DNA from: Novosphingobium sp.
Lineage (GTDB): Bacteria > Pseudomonadota > Alphaproteobacteria > Sphingomonadales > Sphingomonadaceae
Assembly: GCA_043758955.1 (NCBI GenBank)
Contig: JAYVML010000200.1
Coordinates: 1 to 62,910 of the forward strand
Direction: 5' to 3'
DNA: 62,910 bases
Numbering within the stretch: position 1 is the first letter of the stretch; every line of letters starts with the position of its first letter. Below are positions 12,364 to 22,422 of the stretch, one piece after another. The notes below the pieces were generated by a model that saw only the letters and a program-made list of their open reading frames with translations, was not told the DNA's origin and ran no database searches. The translations under genes were made by a program, and so were the position numbers.

Positions 12364-12863
12364 TTGCGGACCTTGCCAGCCAGGGCTTGTGATTCAAGAT
12401 CGGCGCAGGCTTCTTGCGCGTCTTCCCAGCCCTCGCCCATTTTGGCAAGTTCGGCCGGGTTCCACAGCGTGAACATCTTGCCGCCGCCCTGGAAGAACAC
12501 ACTGGTGGTCAGGCCGCCCAGCTTAAAATAGCGTTCGGGCATCACGAACCGGCCGCTGTCATCAAATGGCACGCGGGCAAACCCATAGAGCTGCTGGGCG
12601 CGAAAATCGCGGTCGAAAGCGATCTGCCGCTCCAGCGCAATCTCTTCCTCGCGGTCAAGTTCAGCCTCAAACTGATCGGCGCGGCTAAGGCCGAACCCGG
12701 TCAGGCACTTCCAGCGGGAATGTTTGGCGAGGCACAGTAGTCGTTCGCCATGGCCGGATTCGCGGACTGATTTGCGCAAATCGGGAGGCAGCACAAAGCG
12801 GCCTTTTTCGCCCAGCAGCGAAAAGCCTTGGCCGCTATAGCTGATCGGCTTGGCCCCCTCCAC
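12360..12863 (-). CDS. mraZ: Transcriptional regulator MraZ
   Basis: Two AbrB-like motifs ([17 protein letters not shown]); first gene of dcw. Confidence 0.9.
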   Translation of the reverse strand: MEGAKPISYSGQGFSLLGEKGRFVLPPDLRKSVRESGHGERLLCLAKHSRWKCLTGFGLSRADQFEAELDREEEIALERQIAFDRDFRAQQLYGFARVPFDDSGRFVMPERYFKLGGLTTSVFFQGGGKMFTLWNPAELAKMGEGWEDAQEACADLESQALAGKVRK

Positions 12864-13011
12864 GATCCGTCCCGCCTCTGCCGGTTTGGACCGGCTCCCC
12901 AGAGTAAATAATTACCTCCCCGCACGCGCGTCCGCGCGTCCGGAGCGACCCTTGACCGGGCCGACGGCAAATCTGCATGTCGATGAAACGAAGCATTAAC
13001 CCTGCTTTTGC

Positions 13012-13047
13012 AGGGATGGAAGAGAAAATTACGGGAAATCAAGGGAT
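13012..13047. promoter_or_regulatory. Candidate MraZ-type direct-repeat operator upstream of mraZ
   Basis: GGGA at 13013, 13033 and 13043 (10-bp phase) in the AT-rich dcw promoter region. Confidence 0.4.
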
Positions 13048-13213
13048 AACACGTTAACTTATTGATTTAATGAGATTTGAAACATTGGGTGAAACCCGTT
13101 TCTGCTCCATGTTTCCAATATGTTCCACGGATATATCAAGGGTTTACGGTCTACAGTTGCAAGTATTGTCGAACTGTCCCGCCAAATCCCGCGAGTCTGC
13201 GCAAACTTTCAGT

Positions 13214-13933
13214 TCAATGAGCGAGGAAGGCGCTGTCGAGCAACTGGCCGAAGGCGTTGGCCCGCTGTCCCGAGGGGTCATCGCGTTCGAGCAATGCGGC
13301 ATCGGCCACAGCGAAGACGCGCCCCCGCCCGATTGCGCAGGTGACCGCCAGACCCTCCCCCCACAGCCGGCAATTGGCTTGGCCACGCGTCAGGAACCGC
13401 CCCGGAAGTATGACCGGAACCGCCACGCCCATTACCTCGCGGTCAGTTTCTGCCAGCGGCTGATCGGCATCGAACTGCAATTCCAGCCCCCAGCGCGTCA
13501 GGATCGGTGAAAGCAACGCGGTGGCTTGCGGACGGCGCGGATCGCCCAGCGCAAAAGGCGATTCCTCGGTATAGGCCGGATCGGCAAGCAGCAGCAGGTG
13601 CCCGCCGCTGCGCACCCAATCGTCGAGCGCAAGGTTCTCTTGCGGGCTGAGGGCACGGGGCTGAGCGATGATCAGGCGGCGCAGTCCTGCGAGCGAGCGC
13701 GGCCCGGGCGCGCTGGTCAGCGTGTCGAGCGCGACGACTTGTCCGTGCTCGGTCAGGACCGCCTTGGCCCAATGTGCCGCACGTTCGCCGCGCAGTTCGC
13801 TGGTCAGATCGGGGGTATTGCCCCACAGGATCGGGAGCGAAGTGAACAGCCCGATCGGGGTGGACGGCGGCACAGGCTTATGCTGGCTGCGCCATGCAAT
13901 CAGGCCGAGCGCGAGCGCGAGCCCAAACAGCAC
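13214..13933 (-). CDS. Membrane-anchored hypothetical protein (DUF4350/GldG-like domain possible)
   Basis: N-terminal TM; LIIAQP..LSPQENLALDDWVRSGGHLLLLADP and GRGRVFAVADAALL resemble glutamine-amidotransferase-like folds. Confidence 0.65.
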   Translation of the reverse strand: MLFGLALALGLIAWRSQHKPVPPSTPIGLFTSLPILWGNTPDLTSELRGERAAHWAKAVLTEHGQVVALDTLTSAPGPRSLAGLRRLIIAQPRALSPQENLALDDWVRSGGHLLLLADPAYTEESPFALGDPRRPQATALLSPILTRWGLELQFDADQPLAETDREVMGVAVPVILPGRFLTRGQANCRLWGEGLAVTCAIGRGRVFAVADAALLERDDPSGQRANAFGQLLDSAFLAH

Positions 13934-13952
13934 CGCCCCGAACCTGGCTTTG

Positions 13953-14306
13953 CTAATGCTGCGAACCTGTCACCTGAGCCGCGCCGGTCGCGCGCGCCTT
14001 GGTCCGCGCAGTAACTTCTGGCTGGCTGGAGGGGACGACCCCGATATCGGCCAGTGGGTCGCTGCCCTGCGCGGCGTCAGAGATTGGCGCACCTGCGACT
14101 TGCGGGCGCGCGGCCGCATCGGCTTGCCGCGCACGGTCATTGATGATGTTGGCCAGCCCAACCACCAACACGATCGCAGCCATGCCGAACAGTCCCGACT
14201 GCAACCGCTGCACCGCTTGCGCGCGCAATTCGCGTAAGCTCGGCGGCACATAGTGCTTCGGCGCGACTAGCGGTTCCAGGACCCTACGTGGCGGTTGTGT
14301 TGCCAT
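13953..14306 (-). CDS. Small single-TM hypothetical protein
   Basis: Hydrophobic segment LFGMAAIVLVVGLANII; DPLADIGVVP; fills the gap downstream of cysK. Confidence 0.7.
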   Translation of the reverse strand: MATQPPRRVLEPLVAPKHYVPPSLRELRAQAVQRLQSGLFGMAAIVLVVGLANIINDRARQADAAARPQVAGAPISDAAQGSDPLADIGVVPSSQPEVTARTKARATGAAQVTGSQH

Positions 14307-14326
14307 CTGGTCACCGCTCTAGCCGA

Positions 14327-15328
14327 TCAAGCGAGCCAAGGGAAGACCGGCAATCCTTTGGCGCGCAGCCAATCGGCATTGTACAGGCTGGAGAGGTAGC
14401 GGAAGCCGGTATCGCACAGGATCGTTGCGACGCGCACGTCTTCGCGGCCTTCGGCAACCAGCTGCTGACCCAGCGCAATCGCGCCCGCCACATTAATCCC
14501 CGACGACAACCCCAGGCACAGGCCTTCTTCGGCGAGCAGCCGACCGACCCATTCAAGCCCCTCCTCGTCCGAAATGCGGAACTGGGTGTCGATCGGCGCG
14601 CCTTCCAGATTGGCGGTGATCCGTCCCTGACCGATCCCTTCGGCGACCGAACTGCCCTCGCCGCGCAACTCACCGCAGGCGTAGTAATTGTACAGCGCCG
14701 CACCGTGCGGATCGGTCAGCGCGATGCGCACATGCTCATCGAAGGCCTTCAGACCCATGCCCACCCCGGCGATGGTCCCGCCGGTGCCAGCCGCGCAGGT
14801 GAAGCCATCGATCCGGCCGTCCAGCTGCTCCCATAACTCGCGCGCGGTGCTTTCGATATGCGCCTTACGGTTGGCGACATTGTCAAACTGGTTGGCCCAG
14901 ACCGCGCCCACTGTCTCCTCGGCCAGACGGCGCGAGGTGTGCACGAAGTGCCCGGGATTGGAAAACGGCGCCGGCGGAACCAACACCAGCTCGGCCCCAA
15001 GCGCGCGCAAGGTGTCCATCTTTTCCTTGGACTGGTTTTCGGGCATGACGATCACGGTCTTGTAGCCGAGCGCATTGGCGACCAGCGCTAGGCCAATTCC
15101 GGTGTTCCCGGCGGTACCTTCGACAATCGTCCCGCCGGGCTGCAGCAGGCCTTTATCTTCGGCGTCGCGCACGATCCACAGGGCCGCGCGGTCTTTGACC
15201 GATGCCCCCGGGTTGGCGAATTCGCATTTACCCCACACTTCGCAGCCAGCGGCCTCGCTGGGGCCTTGCAGCAGCACCAACGGCGTGTTGCCGATCAGAT
15301 CGAGGGTCGAGGAACAGGTTGCGCTCAC
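14327..15328 (-). CDS. cysK: Cysteine synthase A family (PLP-dependent)
   Basis: IGNTPL, NPGASVKDR (PLP Lys), TAGNTG, GTGGT, EGIG. Confidence 0.9.
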   Translation of the reverse strand: MSATCSSTLDLIGNTPLVLLQGPSEAAGCEVWGKCEFANPGASVKDRAALWIVRDAEDKGLLQPGGTIVEGTAGNTGIGLALVANALGYKTVIVMPENQSKEKMDTLRALGAELVLVPPAPFSNPGHFVHTSRRLAEETVGAVWANQFDNVANRKAHIESTARELWEQLDGRIDGFTCAAGTGGTIAGVGMGLKAFDEHVRIALTDPHGAALYNYYACGELRGEGSSVAEGIGQGRITANLEGAPIDTQFRISDEEGLEWVGRLLAEEGLCLGLSSGINVAGAIALGQQLVAEGREDVRVATILCDTGFRYLSSLYNADWLRAKGLPVFPWLA

Positions 15329-15389
15329 CCAGCAAAGCTAGATAGCGGACTGCTGAAGCGCAATGCAAATACGCTTGGGGTTGGCCAAG

Positions 15390-15707
15390 TCAGTCTTCGG
15401 GCGCAATCGTAACCTTCAGCCCATCCAGCGCGTCGGTCATCTTCAATTGGCACGACAGCCGGGAATTGCCTTCGCGGTGATCGGTGCTATCGAGCAGGTC
15501 GTTCTCATCCTCGCTTAGCGGATTGACGAGGTCGGCAAACGCCGGATCGACATAGACATGGCACGTGGCGCAAGAACAGCATCCGCCGCACAGCGCCAGC
15601 AATTCGTCAAACCCGTTGTCACGGATCGCCTCCATCACCGACACGCCGCTGGCCGCCTCGACGGTCTGTTCGTCACCGGCACGATTGACCACAACCAGCT
15701 TGGGCAT
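15390..15707 (-). CDS. fdx: 2Fe-2S ferredoxin (adrenodoxin/putidaredoxin type)
   Basis: [12 protein letters not shown] and SRLSCQ. Confidence 0.93.
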   Translation of the reverse strand: MPKLVVVNRAGDEQTVEAASGVSVMEAIRDNGFDELLALCGGCCSCATCHVYVDPAFADLVNPLSEDENDLLDSTDHREGNSRLSCQLKMTDALDGLKVTIAPED

Positions 15708-15796
15708 TCCCGACTATCCTTTTCGCAATAAGCGCCTGTTCGCACCTTGGCACGGCTGCTACCCAACCCGCTTTCCTTTGGCAAGCGGGACCGGTG

Positions 15797-16414
15797 ATGG
15801 GTATTAGCGCGGAGCAGATGCAGCACGATCTCGATGCGGTGGCGGCGATCGAGCCGGGCTTCGCGCGGGCCCTGGCGGCGGCTGGGTATCCTGAGCCGCG
15901 GATCCGCCCGCGCGGCTATGGCACCTTGATGCGCACGATTGTCGGCCAGCAGGTCAGCGTCGCCGCCGCCGCATCGATGTGGCGCAAGTTCGAAGAGTTT
16001 GCCGGGGCCGAACTCCCGCCCGAGCGGATCCTGGCGGCCGAGTTCGATACCCTGCGCGCCTGTGGCCTGTCGCGGCAAAAGCAAGGCTATCTGCGCTCGC
16101 TGTGCGAACTGGTGGTGGCCGGCGAGCTCAATTTCGAAGCCCTGCCCGCCGATGACGAGGAGGCGATCGCGCAGCTGACCCGGATCAAGGGGATCGGACG
16201 CTGGTCGGCCGAGATCTATCTGCTGTTCGCCGAAGGGCGCGGCGACATGTGGCCAGCGGGCGATCTGGCGGTCCAAGCGGGCTTGCACAAAATCCTCGGG
16301 CTCGAAGCCCGCCCGAGCGAGCAGCAAACCCGCGACCTCGCCGAACCCTGGCGCCCCCACCGCGGTGCCGCTGCGATCTTCACCTGGCATTGCTATAACA
16401 ACCCGGCGTTGTAG
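15797..16414 (+). CDS. DNA-3-methyladenine glycosylase II (AlkA-like HhH-GPD)
   Basis: IVGQQVS, GLSRQK, IKGIGRWSAE HhH motif, P-x-G-D, WRPHR. Confidence 0.9.
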   Translation: MGISAEQMQHDLDAVAAIEPGFARALAAAGYPEPRIRPRGYGTLMRTIVGQQVSVAAAASMWRKFEEFAGAELPPERILAAEFDTLRACGLSRQKQGYLRSLCELVVAGELNFEALPADDEEAIAQLTRIKGIGRWSAEIYLLFAEGRGDMWPAGDLAVQAGLHKILGLEARPSEQQTRDLAEPWRPHRGAAAIFTWHCYNNPAL

Positions 16415-16534
16415 GTTTTTCCGGCTTATGTCAGTATGTTTTATGTGAAATGCGTTCTGCTTAAGGATTGCGCACTGGCTAAGCATGCAAACTGCTTTGA
16501 CCAAAGGTCTTAGGTCTTTCGCGGGAGAGTTTGT

Positions 16535-16834
16535 ATGCCAATTTGGGCTTATATTGTACTTGCAGTTTTCATCGCATACGGCGGCTTCGTTCTTTGGCGG
16601 GCATGGGCCAAAGGGTTCGTGAAATACGGCCTAATCGACTTCACGAAGCAAGATGATCCGATCTATTTTTGATTCATCGTTGTTTTGTTTTGCCTGTGCG
16701 AGATATGGCTCGTCGGAATGTTAATTATCGTTGCAATTTCGCTTATCAGCGGACCAATATTCGGACAAAGCGACTGCGCCACCACCCCTGGGTGGAAAGG
16801 AGCCCTACTTTGCCCTCCTGCGCCGTCAAGCTAA
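16535..16834 (+). pseudogene. Small two-TM membrane protein gene interrupted by an in-frame TGA at codon 46
   Basis: GGGAG RBS then ATG 16535; MPIWAYIVLAVFIAYGGFVLWRAW...DDPIYF*FIVVLFCLCEIWLVGMLIIVAISLISG...; frame runs on to TAA at 16834; not in the ORF track. Confidence 0.65.
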
Positions 16835-16971
16835 CCCCGATGACCGCAGTGTGGTCGTAAGCGGAGAGGCGGCTTCTGCGCGAAAAATCCGGAATGCGGG
16901 CATTGCTTTAGCAACCCCCCGCTGTAAGTCTTGCTGACAGGCGTGTAAGCGCGAATCGCGGGGAGCGGATC

Positions 16972-17778
16972 ATGGGGCTGCGCAAAACGATTTTCATCAC
17001 CGGAGGCGGATCGGGGATTGGCCGCGCGGTGGCGCAGAAGTTTGCCGCCGAGGGCTGGTTCGTCGGGCTTGCCGATATCGACGAGGCCGGGATGCGCGCC
17101 ACCGCCGCGCTGCTTCCAACCGGTTTGAGTTCGGTTCACAAACTCGATGTGCGCGACCGTCCGGCGTGGGATGCGGCGTTGTCCGCGTGCGCCGCCGCGT
17201 CCGCTGGACGGATCGACGTGGTGTTCAACAACGCCGGGATTCCGCTCGGCGGACAGATCATCGATCACACCGAGGCCGAGATCGAGCGCTGCCTCGATAT
17301 CAACCTCAAAGGCGTCATTTTCGGCGCGCAGGCGGCGCATCCATGGCTGAAGGCCAGCGCGCCCGGATCGTGCCTGCTCAACACCGCCAGCGCGGCGGGG
17401 ATTTACGGCACGCCCGGCTCATCGATCTATGCCGCGACCAAATTCGGCGTGCGCGGCGTGACCGAATGCCTCGATGCCGAATGGCATGAGGTCGGGATCA
17501 AGGTGCGCGACCTGATGCCGGCGTTCATCGATACTCCGCTGCTCGACCATCCCCCCAACCACACCACCAACGAAGATATTCGCGAGCGGGTCAAAGCGGC
17601 CGGGCTGGAAATCTCTCCGGTCAGCGATGTCGCCGATGCGGCCTGGACTGCGGTCCACGGCGAAAAGTTGCACACGCTGGTGGGCAAGACCGCGCTCCGC
17701 CTGGCCTTCGCCGCGCGGTGGCTGCCGGGCAGGCTGCGCAATCAGGTCCGCAGCAGTTCGCGCGCGCTGGGGAATTAG
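16972..17778 (+). CDS. Short-chain dehydrogenase/reductase
   Basis: TGGGSGIG, NNAG, catalytic S and YAATK. Confidence 0.93.
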   Translation: MGLRKTIFITGGGSGIGRAVAQKFAAEGWFVGLADIDEAGMRATAALLPTGLSSVHKLDVRDRPAWDAALSACAAASAGRIDVVFNNAGIPLGGQIIDHTEAEIERCLDINLKGVIFGAQAAHPWLKASAPGSCLLNTASAAGIYGTPGSSIYAATKFGVRGVTECLDAEWHEVGIKVRDLMPAFIDTPLLDHPPNHTTNEDIRERVKAAGLEISPVSDVADAAWTAVHGEKLHTLVGKTALRLAFAARWLPGRLRNQVRSSSRALGN

Positions 17779-18281
17779 TTCAAAGCGGCGGTCATCGCCG
17801 CCAGTTTGGTGACCGTGTTGAGGTTGCGCGCGGTGCCCAGCTTGGCCGCCGGGATTTGCAGCCGGGTGTCGGCCATGCCGTCGTGGTAATCCACATAGAT
17901 AGCGCGCGGACCAAGCGCGACCGTTTCATCGCGCTGGCCGGTAATGCCATCGAGCGACAACGGCCCATCGATAAAGATCGCCACGACCCGGTTGCCCGGG
18001 CGGCTGGGCCAGGGATTACCCGCCACCACCTCCGCCAGTTCGGCCGCGTTGCGCACCAACACGCCCAGATGTTTGGCGTATCGCTCGAACATGGCGGCTT
18101 CGAGCGCGGCGCGCAGGTCGGTTTCATCGCGCGCGCTGGCGAACACCACATTGCCGCTGGCGATGTAGGTCTGCACCCGCTCGAAGCCCAGTTCCTCGCA
18201 CAGCGCCCGCAGTTCGGCCATCGGCAGCTTGTTGTTGCCGCCGACGTTGACCGCGCGCAGCAAAGCCGCCCAGACGCTCAC
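17775..18281 (-). CDS. DUF1697-family protein
   Basis: [29 protein letters not shown]; GTG start 18281 overlaps the upstream stop. Confidence 0.85.
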   Translation of the reverse strand: MSVWAALLRAVNVGGNNKLPMAELRALCEELGFERVQTYIASGNVVFASARDETDLRAALEAAMFERYAKHLGVLVRNAAELAEVVAGNPWPSRPGNRVVAIFIDGPLSLDGITGQRDETVALGPRAIYVDYHDGMADTRLQIPAAKLGTARNLNTVTKLAAMTAALN

Positions 18282-18568
18282 ACCATCGCCGCAATCGCGC
18301 GTGCCATGGCGGCGTCGCGCGCAGAAAGGCCGCCTGCATCGTGGGTGGTCAACGAAATCTCGACCGTATTGTAAACGTTCGACCATTCGGGGTGGTGATC
18401 GTGCTTGTCGGCATAGAGCGCGACCCGCGTCATAAAGCCGAAGGCCGCGTTGAAATCGCCGAATTTGAACTTGCGGGTGATCGCTTTTCCGTCCTGGCGC
18501 AGCTTCCACTCGGGCAATTCGGCGAGCAGCACGGCGATGAGGGCTTGGGTGAGGCGGGGGACGGACAT
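18278..18568 (-). CDS. phhB: Pterin-4a-carbinolamine dehydratase
   Basis: [34 protein letters not shown]. Confidence 0.92.
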   Translation of the reverse strand: MSVPRLTQALIAVLLAELPEWKLRQDGKAITRKFKFGDFNAAFGFMTRVALYADKHDHHPEWSNVYNTVEISLTTHDAGGLSARDAAMARAIAAMV

Positions 18569-18616
18569 TGTGGCTCTCCTTGGCAGGGGGCGAGCTTTCC
18601 CTTATCGCCGCGTCCC

Positions 18617-19201
18617 ATGCAAGCCGGCGGCCTTAAAGCAGAGTGTCTTTTTTGTCGCCGCGGCGAGCGGTTGCTGTTCGGCTCGCTCGATTTGCGGGTG
18701 GAAGCTGGCGGCGCGCTGCATTTGGTTGGCCCCAACGGGATCGGCAAAACCTCGCTGCTGCGGATGCTGGCGGGCTTGTTGCCCCCCTCGCCGCCCAGCG
18801 GCGCGATAGCTTGGCGGGGCAGCGCGGCCTACCTCGATGCCAAGCCCGCGCTCGACGAGCATTTGCCGCTTGGGCAAGCGCTGGACTTCTGGCGCAAGCT
18901 TGATCGCGCCGACCAAGTTCCACTTGCCCCGCTCGGGCTCGAGCGGCTGAGCGACATCCCGGTGCGGTTCCTCTCGACCGGGCAGCGCAAGCGTGCGGGC
19001 CTCGCCCGGCTGATCGGGCAGAACGCAGATCACTGGCTGCTCGATGAACCGCTCAACGGGCTCGACGACGACGGTGCGGCGCTGGTCGAACGCCTGATCG
19101 TGAAGAAACGTGCCGCTGGCGGGGTGGTAGTGGTCGCCTCGCACCAACCGCTCGCGTTGCCCGGGGCGCAAGTGCTTGACCTGCGGGATCACCCGGGATG
19201 A
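18617..19201 (+). CDS. ccmA: Heme ABC exporter ATP-binding subunit
   Basis: CRRGERLLF, Walker A GPNGIGKT, LSTGQRKR, WLLDEP, SH; coupled to ccmB. Confidence 0.92.
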   Translation: MQAGGLKAECLFCRRGERLLFGSLDLRVEAGGALHLVGPNGIGKTSLLRMLAGLLPPSPPSGAIAWRGSAAYLDAKPALDEHLPLGQALDFWRKLDRADQVPLAPLGLERLSDIPVRFLSTGQRKRAGLARLIGQNADHWLLDEPLNGLDDDGAALVERLIVKKRAAGGVVVVASHQPLALPGAQVLDLRDHPG

Positions 19202-19857
19202 GCGGCACTATCCTGACCCTGCTGCGCCGCGATCTGGCGCAATTGTTTTTGGGTGGTCGGCGCGGCGGGGCGCTGTTGCCGGTGCTGTTCTTCCTGGCGG
19301 TGGCGATGCTCTATCCGTTCGCGGTCGGGCCCGATGCGCCGCTGCTTGCGCGGACCGGCGGGGGGGTGATCTGGGTGGCCGCGCTGCTCGCTGCGATCTT
19401 GCCGCTTGACCGGCTGATTGAGCCCGATCTCGAGCTTGGGCTGTTCGATCAGCTGGCGCTGCGCGGGATCGGCGAGGAGAGCGTAGTCGCGGTGCGGGTG
19501 CTGGCGCACTGGCTCAGCTTCGGCCCGCCGCTGATGCTCGCCGCGCTGCCCGCCGCAGCCTTACTCGGGATCGACACCGCGCAGCTGCGGCTGGTCGAAC
19601 TGGGACTGCTCGCAGGAACACCGGGCCTCGCTGCATTGGGCGTGCTGGTCGCCGCGATCACCGCAGGGCTGCGCGGCGGCGCGGCCTTGGGCGGGCTGCT
19701 GGTAATCCCGCTGGCGGTGCCGCTGCTGGTGTTCGGTGCGGGCAGTCTGTCAGCAGGCGGCGCGGCTGGGTTGGCACTGACCGGTGCGGTTTCGCTGGTG
19801 CTGCTGGCGATTACGCCGTTCGCAGCGGGGGCGGCGATCCGGGCTAGTAGAAGTTAA
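19198..19857 (+). CDS. ccmB: Heme exporter permease
   Basis: Multi-TM; PFAVGPD, GVIWVAALLA, AHWL, PL.VPLLVFG. Confidence 0.92.
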   Translation: MSGTILTLLRRDLAQLFLGGRRGGALLPVLFFLAVAMLYPFAVGPDAPLLARTGGGVIWVAALLAAILPLDRLIEPDLELGLFDQLALRGIGEESVVAVRVLAHWLSFGPPLMLAALPAAALLGIDTAQLRLVELGLLAGTPGLAALGVLVAAITAGLRGGAALGGLLVIPLAVPLLVFGAGSLSAGGAAGLALTGAVSLVLLAITPFAAGAAIRASRS

Positions 19858-19860
19858 TTA

Positions 19861-20034
19861 GGTTTACGCGGAGGCCGCAGAGAGGGACGGGAGACGCAGA
19901 GATGGCGCGCGTGCGGAGAAGCCGCCGTCTGGTCCAGACGTTTCGCGTCTCGCAGTGTAAAATGGAATACGAGCCTGCGGCTCAAAGCAACACCTCTGCG
20001 CCTCGCACTCTTCTCTGCGGCCTCCGCGCGAACC
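19861..20034. mobile_element. 174-bp MITE/REP-like element with 41-bp imperfect terminal inverted repeats
   Basis: GGTTTACGCGGAGGCCGCAGAGA..GAGACGCAGAG (19861-19901) pairs with CTCTGCGCCTC..TCTCTGCGGCCTCCGCGCGAACC (19994-20034); between convergent ccmB and map. Confidence 0.75.
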
Positions 20035-20039
20035 CCTTA

Positions 20040-20864
20040 CTAGTAAGGCGGCCGGTCCAGTCCTTTCGGGCTGGCAGTAAACACCTCGCACCCCGTCTCG
20101 GTAATCCCGATCGAATGTTCGAACTGCGCCGAGAGCGAGCGGTCGCGGGTTACCGCCGTCCAGCCATCTTCGAGCAGCTTTACGCCGGACTTGCCCAGAT
20201 TGATCATCGGCTCGATCGTGAAAAACATCCCCGGCTTCAGTTCCGGCCCGGTCCCCGCGCGCGCGGCGTGAACCACTTCGGGGGCATCGTGGAACAGCCG
20301 CCCGACCCCGTGACCGCAAAATTCGCGCACCACGCCATAGCGTTGGCGTTCGGCATGATACTGGATCGCCGCGCCGATATCGCCCAGCCGCGCGCCGGGT
20401 TTGGCCTGCTCGATCCCCAGCATCAGGCATTCGTAGGTCACGTCGATCAGGCGCTTCGCTTTCAAAGGCACATCGCCAACCAGATACATCCGGCTGGTAT
20501 CGCCGTGCCAGCCATCCAGCAGCGGAGTCACGTCGATATTGACGATGTCGCCGTCCCTGAGCGGCTTGTCCGATGGAATCCCGTGGCACACCACGTGATT
20601 GATCGAGATACAACAGCTGTGAGTATAGCCCCGATAACCCAGCGTCGCCGGAACCGCGCCGCCCGCCAAAGTCATCTCGCGCACCACATCATCGAGCGCG
20701 CCGGTGGTTATTCCCGGACGAACATGACCGCTCAAGGCATCGAGGATTTCAGCCGCCAGCCGCCCGGCCTTGCGCATGCCTGCGAAGGCCGACGCGCCAT
20801 GTAGCTTGATCGTGCCGTCGCGCAGCAGCGTCTCATCGTCAGTAACGGTCTGGTAGAGGTTCAT
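20040..20864 (-). CDS. map: Methionine aminopeptidase type I
   Basis: SINHVVCHGIP, NIDVT, GWHGDTS, GHGVG..FH, FTIEPM, AQFEHS. Confidence 0.96.
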   Translation of the reverse strand: MNLYQTVTDDETLLRDGTIKLHGASAFAGMRKAGRLAAEILDALSGHVRPGITTGALDDVVREMTLAGGAVPATLGYRGYTHSCCISINHVVCHGIPSDKPLRDGDIVNIDVTPLLDGWHGDTSRMYLVGDVPLKAKRLIDVTYECLMLGIEQAKPGARLGDIGAAIQYHAERQRYGVVREFCGHGVGRLFHDAPEVVHAARAGTGPELKPGMFFTIEPMINLGKSGVKLLEDGWTAVTRDRSLSAQFEHSIGITETGCEVFTASPKGLDRPPY

Positions 20865-20913
20865 GCCCGCCGCCTATAGCGGCAAACGCGCCGATTGGCT
20901 ATGCGCCGATGCC

Positions 20914-22296
20914 ATGACCAATAAACACGCATTGATCCAGCCTGACAAAGGCCAGCCCGCCACCCCGATTCACTTGGTCGACAAGGCGAGCCTCGACAGC
21001 TTCGTCAAAACCCTGTCAGCCCCGCAGCGCGCCGCGCTGGCGGCGCAGAAATTCACCGCCGAGGGTTATTCGTACGCTATCATCCCCGCTGGCGATGGCT
21101 GGATCGTGGTCGCGGGCGTGGCCAATACGGCCAGCTTGTCGAGCTGGTGTATGTCCAAACTGGCCGAAGTTCTGCCAGCCGGAACCTACCGCCGGGCAGC
21201 GGACGAGCCAGGACCGGCGCTGCTCGGCTGGGTCACCGGGCAATACCGGTTTGACCGCTATCGCTCCGACCCCGCCGCCGAAGGCCCGCGGGTGCTGCTG
21301 ACCAGCGCGGTCAAGGCGATTGACCCGGCGCTGGCTGAGGCCGCTGCGACCAATCTGGTCCGCGATCTGGTCAATACCCCGGCCGAGGACATGGGCCCAG
21401 CGCAGCTGGAGGCCGAGGCCGCCCGGCTGGCCAAAAGCTACCGCGCCGAGCTGACCGTGACCAGCGGCGACGCGCTCGAGCGCGGCTTTCCGATGATCCA
21501 TATGGTTGGCCGCGCCGCCGCGCGCAGCCATGCCCCGCGCCTGATCGAACTTACCTGGGGCAATCCCAAGCATCCCAAAGTGGCGATCGTCGGCAAAGGC
21601 GTGTGCTTCGATTCGGGGGGGCTCGATATTAAGCCGAGCGCGGGCATGGCGCTGATGAAGAAGGACATGGGCGGCGCGGCGCATGCCCTGGCGCTAGCGC
21701 AGCTAATTATGCAGGCGCATTTGAAAGTGCATTTGCATCTGCTAATCCCGGCGGTCGAAAACGCCATCTCTGGCAATGCATTCCGCCCCGGCGACGTGCT
21801 GTCCAGCCGTGCCGGGATCTCGGTCGAGATCGGCAACACCGATGCCGAAGGGCGGCTGGTGCTGGGCGATGCGCTAACCCGCGCGGGCGAGGAAGGCCCA
21901 GAGCTTATCATCGACTTCGCGACGCTAACCGGCGCGGCCCGCGTGGCGCTTGGTCCGGACCTGCCCGCGCTGATGACGCGGCGCGATGAAACGGCTGACG
22001 AGTTGCTGGCCGCCGGCTTGGCCGCCGACGATCCCTGTTGGCGGCTCCCCTTGCCAGAAAGCTACCGCGAATACCTGAAGTCGGACATTGCCGACCTCAA
22101 CAACAGCGGCAGCAACGGCTACGCCGGGGCTTCGGTGGCTGGATTATTCTTGGACCGGTTCGCGCCCGAAGGCGTGGACTGGGCGCACTTTGATACGTTC
22201 GCCTGGCGACCTGCGGCAAAACCCGGTCGGCCCAAAGGCGGCGACGCGCTGGGGCTGCGGGCGGCGTGGGGGATGCTGAAGGCGCGGTATGCTTAG
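20914..22296 (+). CDS. M17 leucyl aminopeptidase family
   Basis: VGKGVCFDSGG, MKKDMGG, NTDAEGRL, ATLTGA; ATG 20914 chosen as start. Confidence 0.93.
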   Translation: MTNKHALIQPDKGQPATPIHLVDKASLDSFVKTLSAPQRAALAAQKFTAEGYSYAIIPAGDGWIVVAGVANTASLSSWCMSKLAEVLPAGTYRRAADEPGPALLGWVTGQYRFDRYRSDPAAEGPRVLLTSAVKAIDPALAEAAATNLVRDLVNTPAEDMGPAQLEAEAARLAKSYRAELTVTSGDALERGFPMIHMVGRAAARSHAPRLIELTWGNPKHPKVAIVGKGVCFDSGGLDIKPSAGMALMKKDMGGAAHALALAQLIMQAHLKVHLHLLIPAVENAISGNAFRPGDVLSSRAGISVEIGNTDAEGRLVLGDALTRAGEEGPELIIDFATLTGAARVALGPDLPALMTRRDETADELLAAGLAADDPCWRLPLPESYREYLKSDIADLNNSGSNGYAGASVAGLFLDRFAPEGVDWAHFDTFAWRPAAKPGRPKGGDALGLRAAWGMLKARYA

Positions 22297-22422
22297 TAAA
22301 ACTACCAGACCCAAAAATAGCTGAAGTTTAATGTTTCCATGGACTTAATGGCCCAGCGGAACGACCATCTCAGGATGACTTGATCGTCCCGGTTCACCGC
22401 ACTGAAACTGTGCGGGGCATCG

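Noticed and set aside
13070-13510. 146-aa plus-strand ORF upstream of mraZ, or an RNase P RNA in this gap
   Set aside because: The ORF overlaps a better-supported minus-strand gene, and no rnpB signature (GAGGAAAGTCC) is visible.
16670-16672. Selenocysteine or alternative genetic code for the in-frame TGA
   Set aside because: The context suggests Trp rather than Cys, I see no SECIS-like hairpin right after it, and TGA terminates many neighbouring genes.
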